The notes beneath the pieces were generated by a model, which was given only the letters and a program-made list of their open reading frames with translations, searched no databases and was not told the origin of the DNA. This document shows positions 1 to 8,998 of a DNA stretch of 16,538 bases, one piece after another (positions within the stretch are counted from its first letter, which is position 1; every line of letters starts with the position of its first letter). A program made the translations under genes and the position numbers. Source of the DNA: Raphidiopsis brookii D9 (lineage in GTDB: Bacteria > Cyanobacteriota > Cyanobacteriia > Cyanobacteriales > Nostocaceae); assembly GCA_000175855.1 (NCBI GenBank), contig ACYB01000032.1, forward strand, positions 1-16,538, in the 5' to 3' direction.

Positions 1-1
1 C

Positions 2-292
2 TGGAAAAAAATGGTTCCCCATAATAAAGGTGGAGAATTTAGAAAATGGTATGGGAATCAACAATATGTTGGTGTAGCATATAAACACACCCGATTTAAA
101 GGACTAGTTTATGAGGGTAGCGATTTAAAAATGGCAGATTTAGAAAAAGCATCTCAGCGGAAAAAATATACCCTCGTTCACACCTCCTTACTTTTAGATG
201 AACACCAGTCAAATTCAAACCTTACTCCAAAATTTATTTCAACAAGATTCCCGTTGGCCTCACACCCAAAGACGAATCATATTTTGGTATGA
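2..292 (+). pseudogene. pglX: BREX PglX methyltransferase, internal/3' remnant entering the window mid-gene; probably truncated
   Basis: Translation from nt 2 reads WKKMVPHNKGGEFRKWYGNQQYV. I recognise the NKGGxFRKWYGN motif from the region just after the methyltransferase core of PglX and type IIG enzymes. Only about 40 codons follow before the pglZ ATG at 198. The frame then runs 95 nt into pglZ, and the other two frames upstream of 198 are full of stops. Confidence 0.5.
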
Positions 293-430
293 CCCAGATG
301 GGCAATTTGTCAGTATTTTTGAGGAATTAGAAATAAATGATGTCAAAAAAATTCAACTGGGTGATACCCCATTTACACTTAAATATCGCCTCCTCATTGA
401 AGAACCTGAGCAAAATTTCTTACTTTATGC

Positions 431-437
431 CCCTTTC
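431..437 (+). other. CCCTTTC heptamer (X XXY YYZ in the upstream pglZ frame) at the position where the pglZ frame changes by -1
   Basis: The upstream-frame codons are gcC CCT TTC. Slipping back one nt gives CCC TTT, then cct caa ccg gaa ccc caa gaa aac tgg. That product, ...LLYAPF-PQPEPQENWLLD, restores the conserved NWLLD segment. The same site also contains C4 and T3 runs, so a simple 1-nt deletion is equally possible. Confidence 0.4.
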
Positions 438-539
438 CTCAACCGGAACCCCAAGAAAACTGGCTCTTAGATATCGAAAAAAGCAGTTTAACCTTCTCCG
501 CTGACCCAGCAGCTCTAATTTATGCTAACCTGGGTCTAC

Positions 540-547
540 GCGATCGC
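540..547. repeat. HIP1 octamer GCGATCGC
   Basis: Exact match, inside pglZ. Confidence 0.9.
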
Positions 548-1312
548 TTTTTAGAAGATACTATTCGCCAACATCTGAAAAAATTCTTTAATTGTAAAAA
601 GCGGATAAGTCATTTACAATCCATGTCTATCTCTCCCGATACGGAAGAAAGAGGACTAATATTGGCCATGCTTTCAGTTTTAGTCAATTTAAAAGTTCCC
701 GATGGTAATCTTTTAATCCGTGAAGTACTACTAAAAGGATTATTAGAGTCTGATAACCCTAGCTGGCACGATATTGTAACATTTGTTTCTGCCAAAGCTT
801 TTTGGGATGTGGTAGAAGAATGCACTGGCTTCTCATCTAACACTCCTAGCCTAACTAAGTTATTTACCCATCTGCTCATTACCCATTTTAGTATATCCTT
901 AAATACCCCATCCTCATTAACCCCAATTAAAGAATCACCATTAACCGAAAAAATAGCAGATAAAATTATCAAACCAGGACAACGAGCCTATTCATTCATA
1001 GACCAGTGGATGCGCGATGATAAACATCGGGAAGGTTGGCAAAAACTCAGTCAAGAAATTAGTGAACAATTACAAATATTTGACCTCATCGAAAATGAAC
1101 CACCGGAGATTCTATACACATCTGCCAGTTTTGAAGTAATAGACCAAGTGTTAATTCGTAGCTGTGTAAAAACCCTCCGCCCTGCTTTTGCACAAATCTC
1201 TCTCCCAGAAACTATACCCCTAGAAGTAAAATCCTGGAAACAATGGTTAAAACATCGTTCCCAGTTGATTTGGTACTCTAAATACAAATATGTTTATCAA
1301 TCTCTAGAAGCA

Positions 1313-1320
1313 GCGATCGC
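1313..1320. repeat. HIP1 octamer GCGATCGC
   Basis: Exact match, inside pglZ. Confidence 0.9.
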
Positions 1321-2838
1321 ACTTTGGGAAATACAACAACAATATCCAAAAGGATTTGACTCAACTACCAAACCTCTATTTCAAGAATACGCGGAGTACT
1401 TATATAAATTCGACCAAGAATATCGCCACTTCGTTTTAGCCAGCACCCAATCTTTCGGGGATATTATTAAACAACTAATGGAAGATATAGACAAATTTTA
1501 TACCCAATGGTTTTTAGAAAATCTCGGTTCATCCTGGTCTAATGTTCTCAGCAAGAATAGCAATTGGGAACTAACTGATATTCCCCCCCAACAGAGATTC
1601 TTTCGTAGATATGTATTGCCCATTCTGCAACGAAATAATAAAGAAAGAGTATTTGTAATTATTTCTGATGCTTTTCGCTATGAAGTAGCCAAAGAACTGG
1701 TAGAAATAATCCAACAAAATTTACTAGGAGAAATCCAAATAGAACCAGTTTTCGGTGTTTTACCCAGTATTACCCGTCTGGGAATGGCAGCCCTTTTACC
1801 GGGATCTAAGTTAGAATTAATACAAAATAGTGAGGATGTCTTAGTAGATAGCATGAGTACGAAAAGCAGTAAGACTAGGGAAAACGTACTAAATCAAAAT
1901 GGGTCCGTGCCAGCAAAAGTCATAGAAGCCAAAGAGCTATTAACAGAGACTACGGAAAAAGCCAAAAAAATAGTGCAACCCAACAGACTAATTTATATAT
2001 ATCACAATGTAATTGATGCCATTGGGGACCAATCATCTAGTGAATCTCATGTTTTTTCGGCTTGTCAAACAGCCATTGAGGAACTGTTAAGACTAGTCAA
2101 AAAGATTTGTAATTCCCTGAATGGAAAAAACGTTATTATCACAGCAGACCATGGATTCTTATATCAAAGACCCGGGCTTGAACCAAGAGATAAACTAAAT
2201 ATACCATGGGAGCAATGTATCTTAGAGAGCAAACGTCGTTATCTACTAACAAGCAAACAAATTAATGATAATACCCTACTCAACTTTAAACTCCCTTATA
2301 TTAAAGAAGAAGTATTTGCAGCAGTTCCGCGAGGGACATTAAGATTTGCAGTGCAGGGAGGAGGATCAAGATTTGTTCATGGAGGAGCTTCCCTGCAGGA
2401 AGTTTGCGTCCCCGTAATCTGTTATCAGCAAAAATCAGTCAAAGGTGACCAAGGACTACCGCGCAAAGTAGAAGTGGAAACAATTAGCACCAACAAAAGA
2501 GTTAGCAATAACCGATTTACGGTCAGAATCCTACAAAATAAGCCAGTACAAGGAAGATGGCGTCCTCGTAAGATTACAGTTGCCATGTATGACATTCAAA
2601 GTAATATTCAAATTACAGATGAGTGCACCACCAACCTGGATAGGACCAGTCAGCATATCAAAGAGCGAGAAATGGAGATAAGATTAATGATAAACACAAG
2701 CGTTCCACCCACGGAAGGCTACTTAATTATCAAAGACCAAGAAGACCAAACTGAACTGGTCAAAGAAAAATGGAGAATCAGTCTCGGAATTGCTAATGAT
2801 TTTGGCGACTTTTAATCAACCTCACCCAGCTCCCCCCC

Positions 2839-4857
2839 ATGCACGACCTCAATCACAAACTTAATACCCATTATCCTGGAAAAGTTGTACGCAAGGATTT
2901 AACTAAGCGCATTAAGGAAGGTGCTAATGTACCCGTTTATGTGTTGGAATATTTATTGGGTATGTACTGTGCTACCGAAGATGAAACCACAATTGAGGAA
3001 GGGCTAGAGCGAGTAAAAAAGATTCTTGCCCAAAACTATGTACGTCCAGATGAAGCAGAACTAGTAAAGTCTAAAATTAGAGAGTTAGGGCGTTTTACAG
3101 TTATAGATCAAGTTAGCGTCACATTAAATGAAAAGAATGATATTTACCAGGGGACATTAACCAATCTAGGGATAAAAAACCTAGTCATAGATCCAGAGAT
3201 TGTCAAAACCAACTCCAAATTATTGGGTAGTGGAATTTGGTGCATTTTGCAACTAGAGTATGAAGCAGGAGCAAAACCGAGTCCTTTTATTGTAGCCAGT
3301 TTAAAACCGGTGCAAATGCCTACCATAGACATGGAGGAACTATTTAATACCCGTTCAGCCTTTACCCGTAGTGAATGGATTGATATTCTAATCAGATCCA
3401 CAGGAATTGAGCCAACTACCCTCAAAGAAGAAGTAAAATGGCACTTACTAGCTAGATTGATACCGTTGTGCGAGAACAACTATAATAGTTGTGAACTAGG
3501 ACCTCGCTCCACAGGTAAATCTCATGTCTATAAAGAAGTTTCCCCCAATTCCATCCTAATTTCCGGAGGTAAAACCACAGTAGCCAACTTGTTTTATAAT
3601 ATGTCCACCCGTCGAATTGGACTAGTGGGTTTATTTGACGTAGTAGCTTTTGATGAAGTTGCGGGAATCAGCTTTCATGATAATGATGGCGTGCAGATCA
3701 TGAAAGATTATATGGCATCTGGCTCTTTCGCACGAGGAAAAGCGGAAATTAGTGCCAATGCTTCTATGGTATTTGTGGGTAACATTGATCATAGTGTAGA
3801 ATCCCTAGTTAAAACATCCCATCTGCTGGCACCTTTTCCTCAAGCGATGATAGACACGGCATTTTTTGACCGATTTCACGCCTATATACCAGGGTGGGAA
3901 GTGCCTAAATTTAGTCCGGAGAACTTTACCAATCAATATGGTTTTATAGTAGATTATTTAGCTGAATGGCTGCGGGAAATGCGTAAACGTAGCTTTGCTG
4001 ATGTCTTAGATAAATACTTTCGTCTTGGTAATAATCTAAAACAAAGGGATGTGCAAGCCGTGCGCAAAACCGTATCAGGGATGCTAAAACTGCTATTTCC
4101 CGATGGCTCATTTAGTAAAGAAGATGTACGAGATGCCCTAATTTACGCACTAAGAGTTAGAAGACGGGTCAAAGAACAGCTGAAAAAAATTGGAGGGATG
4201 GAATTTTATGATGTGCATTTCAGTTATTTTGACCTAGAAACCATGGACGAGCACTTCGTGTCAGTACCAGAACAGGGAGGATCTAGCCTAATCAGTCAAG
4301 ATATTTTATCCCCTGGTCATTTACACTTTATTGGTTCTGGAGAGACTAGTATTATTGGCACCTTCAAACTAGAATTGCAAGTAGTTCCCGGGAACGGAAA
4401 AGCCATGCGCACCGGAATGGCTAATAATGCCAAAATCAGGGACAGTTTTAACATTGCCATGAACTACTTTAAAGCTAACAGTCAAAGAATTAGCGGGAGT
4501 ATTCAACCTGGAAACTGGGATTTTTTAGTACAATTGTTGGATTTACAGGGGACAGGTACTCCTCAAGAAAGCAGTTTAGCATTATTTATTTCTTTATGCT
4601 CTGCTGCACTGAAACGTACTGTGCAAGTACAACTAGTAGTGCTTGGGGATATGACCCTAGGGGGTACAATTAGTCCAGTTAGTAACTTAGCTGGCAGTTT
4701 ACAAGTAGCATTTGATGCTGGTGCCAGACGTATTCTTTTACCAATGAGCAGCGCAGTAGATATAGTCAGTGTTCCCCCGGAATTATTTGCCAAATTTCAA
4801 ACTTCTTTTTACACAGATCCAGTAGATGCGGTGTTTAAAGCCCTTGCCATTACTTAG
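2839..4857 (+). CDS. brxL: BREX Lon-like protease/ATPase BrxL
   Basis: 672 aa. The N-terminus HKLNTHYPGKVVRKDLTKRIKEGANVPVYVLEYLLGMYCA is the BrxL signature. It has Walker A-like GPRSTGKS and Walker B-like VVAFDEVAG motifs, plus a C-terminal Lon-protease-like region. It starts 23 nt after the pglZ stop, as the last gene of the type 1 BREX order. Confidence 0.9.
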   Translation: MHDLNHKLNTHYPGKVVRKDLTKRIKEGANVPVYVLEYLLGMYCATEDETTIEEGLERVKKILAQNYVRPDEAELVKSKIRELGRFTVIDQVSVTLNEKNDIYQGTLTNLGIKNLVIDPEIVKTNSKLLGSGIWCILQLEYEAGAKPSPFIVASLKPVQMPTIDMEELFNTRSAFTRSEWIDILIRSTGIEPTTLKEEVKWHLLARLIPLCENNYNSCELGPRSTGKSHVYKEVSPNSILISGGKTTVANLFYNMSTRRIGLVGLFDVVAFDEVAGISFHDNDGVQIMKDYMASGSFARGKAEISANASMVFVGNIDHSVESLVKTSHLLAPFPQAMIDTAFFDRFHAYIPGWEVPKFSPENFTNQYGFIVDYLAEWLREMRKRSFADVLDKYFRLGNNLKQRDVQAVRKTVSGMLKLLFPDGSFSKEDVRDALIYALRVRRRVKEQLKKIGGMEFYDVHFSYFDLETMDEHFVSVPEQGGSSLISQDILSPGHLHFIGSGETSIIGTFKLELQVVPGNGKAMRTGMANNAKIRDSFNIAMNYFKANSQRISGSIQPGNWDFLVQLLDLQGTGTPQESSLALFISLCSAALKRTVQVQLVVLGDMTLGGTISPVSNLAGSLQVAFDAGARRILLPMSSAVDIVSVPPELFAKFQTSFYTDPVDAVFKALAIT

Positions 4858-5435
4858 ATTACTACCTACTTATTTTATATTACTTGATAACTTTTACTCA
4901 TGCTTGACAGGCCTATAGCCCAATTTTCCGACGTATTTTTATTCTGGCAATTTTGCCTTCGTTATTTACTTTTGGATTGATTACTCTTGTCTTATCAGTT
5001 TAAATTAAATTTAGTCCAGATGTGTTTGTGGCTGTAGAATAAGAAAGACTTCTGAAAGAGCAGGAAAAATAAAGTATAAAACCTTGCTATCACAATTAAA
5101 AGCTAAGGGTACTGATATTAATGCAGTTGAATAAACTGTTACCTGCACTATAAAACCTTAGGAGGGGGGTTTTTAAAAACTGGAGTTTAGACTAAAAAAG
5201 GTGCAACGCCCAATTTTTTGATAACCTTAGAAAATTACCTCCCAGGAAAGCTTTTAGTGACTTCCGTGAAAAAGACTAAAACTCAATCCTGGTAAGGCTG
5301 TCAGCGGTTTTCTTATTGAATCCCAACAGGTCTAATCTAGTGTTATTTGGCTAAAATTTCAGAAAATAGGAGGAATTTGTGAATTAATGGAACCTTCTGA
5401 TCAGGAGAAAGTTTGCCACCAAGCATTTCTGACAG

Positions 5436-5443
5436 GCGATCGC
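5436..5443. repeat. HIP1 octamer GCGATCGC
   Basis: Exact match, in the convergent intergenic gap. Confidence 0.9.
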
Positions 5444-5500
5444 TATTATAAACAAAGCGGGTGTATTTTAGTATCTCAACAGTGTATCTATTAAATACCA

Positions 5501-5935
5501 TCAATCCTGATGAGATACAAAAGCATTTATTTTGTAGTCATTAAGCATCTCATTTAAGAGTTGATGCACTTTGTACATAACACTTACCTCTTCTAAGGAC
5601 TTAAATGATTGATCAGAAACAAAATTTAAGCAATCTAAAACTTTAGTTTTCCAACTATCTTTATCTGTCGTGTCCCACGCTTCGAAGACGTCTGTTTCTT
5701 TCAAACCAAGTAATTTATGAAATAATTCATTTCTTTTATCTCGTACTTTTTTACCTGTTTCTCCCACAAATATACTCATAATATTACCTTCGACTTCACA
5801 TTCTGGTTTTGCCTCTTTTAACAAGTTAAAAGGGAATGTTTCGTTGTTTTTTTTGTTAACTTGGCAGAACTTCTTTAATAGTTTGCTCCTTAACTTTGGG
5901 CCAGCCCTTTTCTGGGTAGTCAATATACGTTTCAT
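5501..5935 (-). CDS. C-terminal half of a HEPN domain (Rx4H motif); probably the 3' part of the frameshifted CARF-HEPN gene
   Basis: RNELFH (Rx4H, nt 5717-5734) sits at the start of a predicted helix, as in Csm6/Csx1 HEPN RNases. This frame is open upstream to 5959 and overlaps the 380-aa ORF by 80 nt in the +1 frame. There is no convincing independent start or RBS. Confidence 0.6.
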   Translation of the reverse strand: MKRILTTQKRAGPKLRSKLLKKFCQVNKKNNETFPFNLLKEAKPECEVEGNIMSIFVGETGKKVRDKRNELFHKLLGLKETDVFEAWDTTDKDSWKTKVLDCLNFVSDQSFKSLEEVSVMYKVHQLLNEMLNDYKINAFVSHQD

Positions 5936-6998
5936 ACTTTTCTTTAGCCCACATACGAATTAGACCTTCTACTGCTCTGAAACTGTGAAACATTGCTTCC
6001 ACCGTGTTTCCCTGTTCTATTCTAATTACAGCCAAATAGGCAGCTTCATATCCAAGCTGCCACCAATCATTTGAACGTTCTTTTGCTACATCGCTTAGGT
6101 TTGTTAATTTATACAAATCTAAATCCTCTAGAAATTTATCAAATTTAGCGCAATTCCACTGAGTAGCTATCTCCAGTAGCTTCAGTAATTCTTCGAGGTT
6201 TTCTCCTTGTGGGTTAGAAACTTTTAGATCATGCAATAAACTGTTCAATCCTGAATAGTCAAAACGTTGGAGTAATCTTTTTGCCTCTTGTAGTTGAATA
6301 CCTCGTAAATAATTGGAGCTGCTAATAAATATTGTATTTTCTGGTTCATATTCATTTGAAACCAGAAACTTCACTTTCTTACCAAATTTAGCTAAGGTCA
6401 CAAATTGAATTGCAGATGAAATTGCCGGGATACCCGCTTGATGGCTAACGTATACATTATCTATATCATCCAGGGAGTTAAACTCCAACTCTAATAGCTT
6501 TGTTTGAACTAAACTCAATGATTGATCCCAATTATCTAAACTTTGAGTTTTTGATTCTGGCTGAAGCTCTACATATTCTAACTCTCTCACATCGGGAAAC
6601 TTACTTTTTAAATACTTGTCGAGTATTGGTTTCAAGGTACAAGTATCTTTCCAGTATGGACTTCTTTCATTTATATTATAACCTTTATAAGCAAACTTCT
6701 GATCTGTTAAAATGACAATAATTCTGTGAGGTAATTTTTCATCTTGTAGTTTCTCCGAGAAAATTTTTAACATGGGAAAATGTAAGCCCTGATAGTTCTC
6801 ATCGTTTAATTGATTACCAATAACTATGCCCATCACTCTTGCAGGAACTGTAAAAAGATCCTCACCCTCCAGTTTTTTGGGTTCAAATAAGATGTCTGTT
6901 TCTAAATCAATTCCTGAGCCTAGCAAGTATTTATTCCATTGGTCTATATTCCCTAGCTTAATGTCGCTGTTGCCAATAGTTACAATCCAGATATTCAT
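5856..6998 (-). CDS. CARF-like Rossmann sensor domain plus N-terminal helices of a HEPN domain (Csx1/Csm6-like ancillary effector, 5' part)
   Basis: The N-terminus MNIWIVTIGNSD (a beta-strand followed by small polar residues) and the later VSHQAGIPAISSAIQF loop resemble CARF ligand-pocket motifs. The C-terminal third is helical (EAAYLAVIRIEQGNTVEAMFHSFRAVEGLIRMWA), like the first HEPN helices. It is the last gene of the Cmr operon, and an AGGTG RBS lies upstream of the ATG. Confidence 0.55.
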   Translation of the reverse strand: MNIWIVTIGNSDIKLGNIDQWNKYLLGSGIDLETDILFEPKKLEGEDLFTVPARVMGIVIGNQLNDENYQGLHFPMLKIFSEKLQDEKLPHRIIVILTDQKFAYKGYNINERSPYWKDTCTLKPILDKYLKSKFPDVRELEYVELQPESKTQSLDNWDQSLSLVQTKLLELEFNSLDDIDNVYVSHQAGIPAISSAIQFVTLAKFGKKVKFLVSNEYEPENTIFISSSNYLRGIQLQEAKRLLQRFDYSGLNSLLHDLKVSNPQGENLEELLKLLEIATQWNCAKFDKFLEDLDLYKLTNLSDVAKERSNDWWQLGYEAAYLAVIRIEQGNTVEAMFHSFRAVEGLIRMWAKEKYETYIDYPEKGWPKVKEQTIKEVLPS

Positions 6999-7134
6999 GA
7001 TTTACACCTAAGTTTTTGTTACCTCTAAAGTATAACTGAGAAAATACAGTTTTGCTCAAAAATTATTGGTTTTTGATTTTTTAAACCTCACTCTTCAAGA
7101 TTGGTCAATTTGGTACAAAACCAAAAGTACTTAA

Positions 7135-8916
7135 TTATGGATTATTTCCCCAAAGTCTTTCAAAGTTTCCTTTACCCTGTAAGGTTTTATCTTCTAAAAA
7201 CTTCAAAAATTTTTCTGTTGTGCAATCCGGATTATTTGAAAGATAAACAGTTAGTAGTTCTACATATTTTTTACTCTTGGCATCAGTTTTGTCAATCATC
7301 TCCTTTTGATTGATAACTTCGTAAAGAGGATACATTCTATGCCAAATTCTACCAACCTTGCTAGGATTTTGGGCATTACCAACATATCCAGTCAACTTGG
7401 TTCTTTTAATAAAGTTATCTTTATGGAACCATGGAAGAGCCATACTATCGTTTTTACTATTTGCAACTCTACCCCAAACCTGGACCTTATCAGGATGCCA
7501 AATTTCTCGCCAACTTTCTGTATAAGTATCTGTAGATGGAAGGTTGAAGCAATCTCGTACTTTGTCGGAAATACCGGATAAGAAATCCTTAATATTGGTC
7601 AATTCACCTCCGGGAGCTGTAATACAATATTCTGCTGATTCATTAGGATTACTGAATGACCAATGACAACCAATCATTGGTTTCTTTGTATTATGAAAGT
7701 ATGATGGATAAAATAGATCATGATCGACTCTACGCCACGATCTACCAAAACCGCCCAGCAGTAAAGAAAATTTAACTAAAAGAATTAAAAATTCTCTTTC
7801 TTTTTCATCTCTTTGCCCTTGACGGTACTGTTCAAAAATATTTATTTTACCCGAATTTAATTTATATTTATGTTTTTTTATAAATTCAAGTTGTTCCCTT
7901 TCAAAATTAACACTAAATCTCCCGACAATTGAACCTTGTTCTGTTTGATTTTGTATGAATCCACCCCATAGTTTATTCGTTAATTCTCTGGTCTTTTCTT
8001 CATTTGTTACCCCTGCTAATAAGCGTAAAGTATGTCCCCTCAAAGCAGCTTTAAACATATTAGGACGGAATTCTTTTGATCCATCTAATAAAGTAGAACT
8101 TATTCCTTGTCCATCAAGTTTTACTGAAATAACTGGTGCTATAGATAGGTTCTGAGTAGCTGCATCTTTAGACTTACTAAAATATCCATAGCCTGCACTA
8201 GTTCTTGAGCCAATTCCCTGGGATAATGCTTGTTCCCAAATTTTTTCTACCAGATCCCAGTCTATATTGACATGAGTGCTATTTTTAATTGCAGAAATAC
8301 CAAATCTAAAGATAGTTTTGTACAGCGATATTTGTACATTTGCACTGCTCCTAGAATCTCGTTCAACCTGACGTTCCTGTTGAGAATGAACAATATCAAG
8401 TAACCTTTCGCGGTTTGCCCAGGACATATCTATAGGATAACCACCATGAAAACGTAAAATACCCGGTTTAGTCCTTTTGTATTTTTTTCCATCAATGATT
8501 TCTTCTACTTCTCCACCACAATAATCCTGGACCTTATCAGAAGCAATTTGTTGACAGGCACGTAAAAATGCACCTTTCATGCTGCTACCCGGGTAGTGGG
8601 GTATACCTTTGGCACCAATGACAGGTCGAATTATCCCTTCATCTTGTCCGGAATTTGTTACAAAACGCCAATTTTGAGTATATTCCCAAGTATGTACATC
8701 AGGACCAAATTGAGGTATTTTTATTTCAGATTGAGGTTTTTTTCGCTTCCATAATGGAACACCCTCATCTGGTGGTTGGGGAATAGGAGGGCATCCTTCT
8801 AGCCATTCTTCCAACCATTTTGATGCGGTTTGTGATTTTTTCCCAACATATTGAATCTTTCCCCTCTTTTCAATTTGGCTTTGATACATTAAAGGTACTA
8901 AATTACTATCACTCAT
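7135..8916 (-). CDS. cmr6: Double-RAMP protein: Cmr6-like N-terminal half fused to Cmr1-like C-terminal half
   Basis: First half: NWRFVTNSGQDEGIIRPVIGAKGIPHYPGSSMKGAFLRAC, GILRFHGGYP and the G-rich loop GIGSRTSAGYGYF, which are Cmr6 hallmarks. Second half: FRPNMFKAALRGHTLRLLAG, KLWGG and the loop LLLGGFGRSWRR, which are Cmr1-like. At 593 aa it is roughly two RAMP proteins long. An AAGGAAAGGA RBS precedes the ATG. Confidence 0.75.
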   Translation of the reverse strand: MSDSNLVPLMYQSQIEKRGKIQYVGKKSQTASKWLEEWLEGCPPIPQPPDEGVPLWKRKKPQSEIKIPQFGPDVHTWEYTQNWRFVTNSGQDEGIIRPVIGAKGIPHYPGSSMKGAFLRACQQIASDKVQDYCGGEVEEIIDGKKYKRTKPGILRFHGGYPIDMSWANRERLLDIVHSQQERQVERDSRSSANVQISLYKTIFRFGISAIKNSTHVNIDWDLVEKIWEQALSQGIGSRTSAGYGYFSKSKDAATQNLSIAPVISVKLDGQGISSTLLDGSKEFRPNMFKAALRGHTLRLLAGVTNEEKTRELTNKLWGGFIQNQTEQGSIVGRFSVNFEREQLEFIKKHKYKLNSGKINIFEQYRQGQRDEKEREFLILLVKFSLLLGGFGRSWRRVDHDLFYPSYFHNTKKPMIGCHWSFSNPNESAEYCITAPGGELTNIKDFLSGISDKVRDCFNLPSTDTYTESWREIWHPDKVQVWGRVANSKNDSMALPWFHKDNFIKRTKLTGYVGNAQNPSKVGRIWHRMYPLYEVINQKEMIDKTDAKSKKYVELLTVYLSNNPDCTTEKFLKFLEDKTLQGKGNFERLWGNNP

Positions 8917-8998
8917 TTTTGGTTTATCCTTTCCTTAATGTTATGAATTTTTTTACTGCGATATGGGCTATCTTCTCTACAAGAAATGATAAATATCT

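Larger units (their letters stand above)
198..2815 (+). pseudogene. pglZ: BREX PglZ (alkaline-phosphatase superfamily), interrupted by a -1 frame change near 431-437 (ORFs 198..470 and 623..2815)
   Basis: ORF 198..470 (MNTSQIQTLLQNLF...RIIFWYDPDGQF...FLLYAPF) matches the conserved PglZ N-terminus. The other frame continues from 431 as PFPQPEPQENWLLDIEKSSLTFSADPAALIY... into ORF 623..2815. That ORF carries PglZ core motifs (VFVIISDAFRYEVAKEL, IITADHGF). A stop at 407-409 in the downstream frame and a stop at 468-470 in the upstream frame bound the shift. The gene order pglX-pglZ-brxL is canonical for type 1 BREX. Confidence 0.85.

Noticed and set aside
5152-5175. G6T5 run (AAAACCTTAGGAGGGGGGTTTTT) as an intrinsic terminator for the BREX operon
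   Set aside because: No complementary C-rich arm lies directly upstream to form a stem. It is also ~300 nt past the brxL stop.
5075-5228. Possible degenerate CRISPR array: TATAAAACCTT-like motif three times at ~71-74 nt spacing
   Set aside because: Only ~8-11 nt are shared, the flanking 25-30 nt show no similarity, and no fourth unit falls at the expected positions (~5003, ~5293). Short AT-rich matches like this are expected by chance. I keep it only as a low-interest note on the gap.
5387-5494. 35-codon ORF (MEPSDQEKVCHQAFLTGDRYYKQSGCILVSQQCIY) preceded by AGGAGG at 5368-5373
   Set aside because: It is very short, the 13-nt SD-to-ATG spacing is longer than optimal, there is no recognisable motif, and it sits in the convergent terminator zone. 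There is not enough evidence to call a gene.
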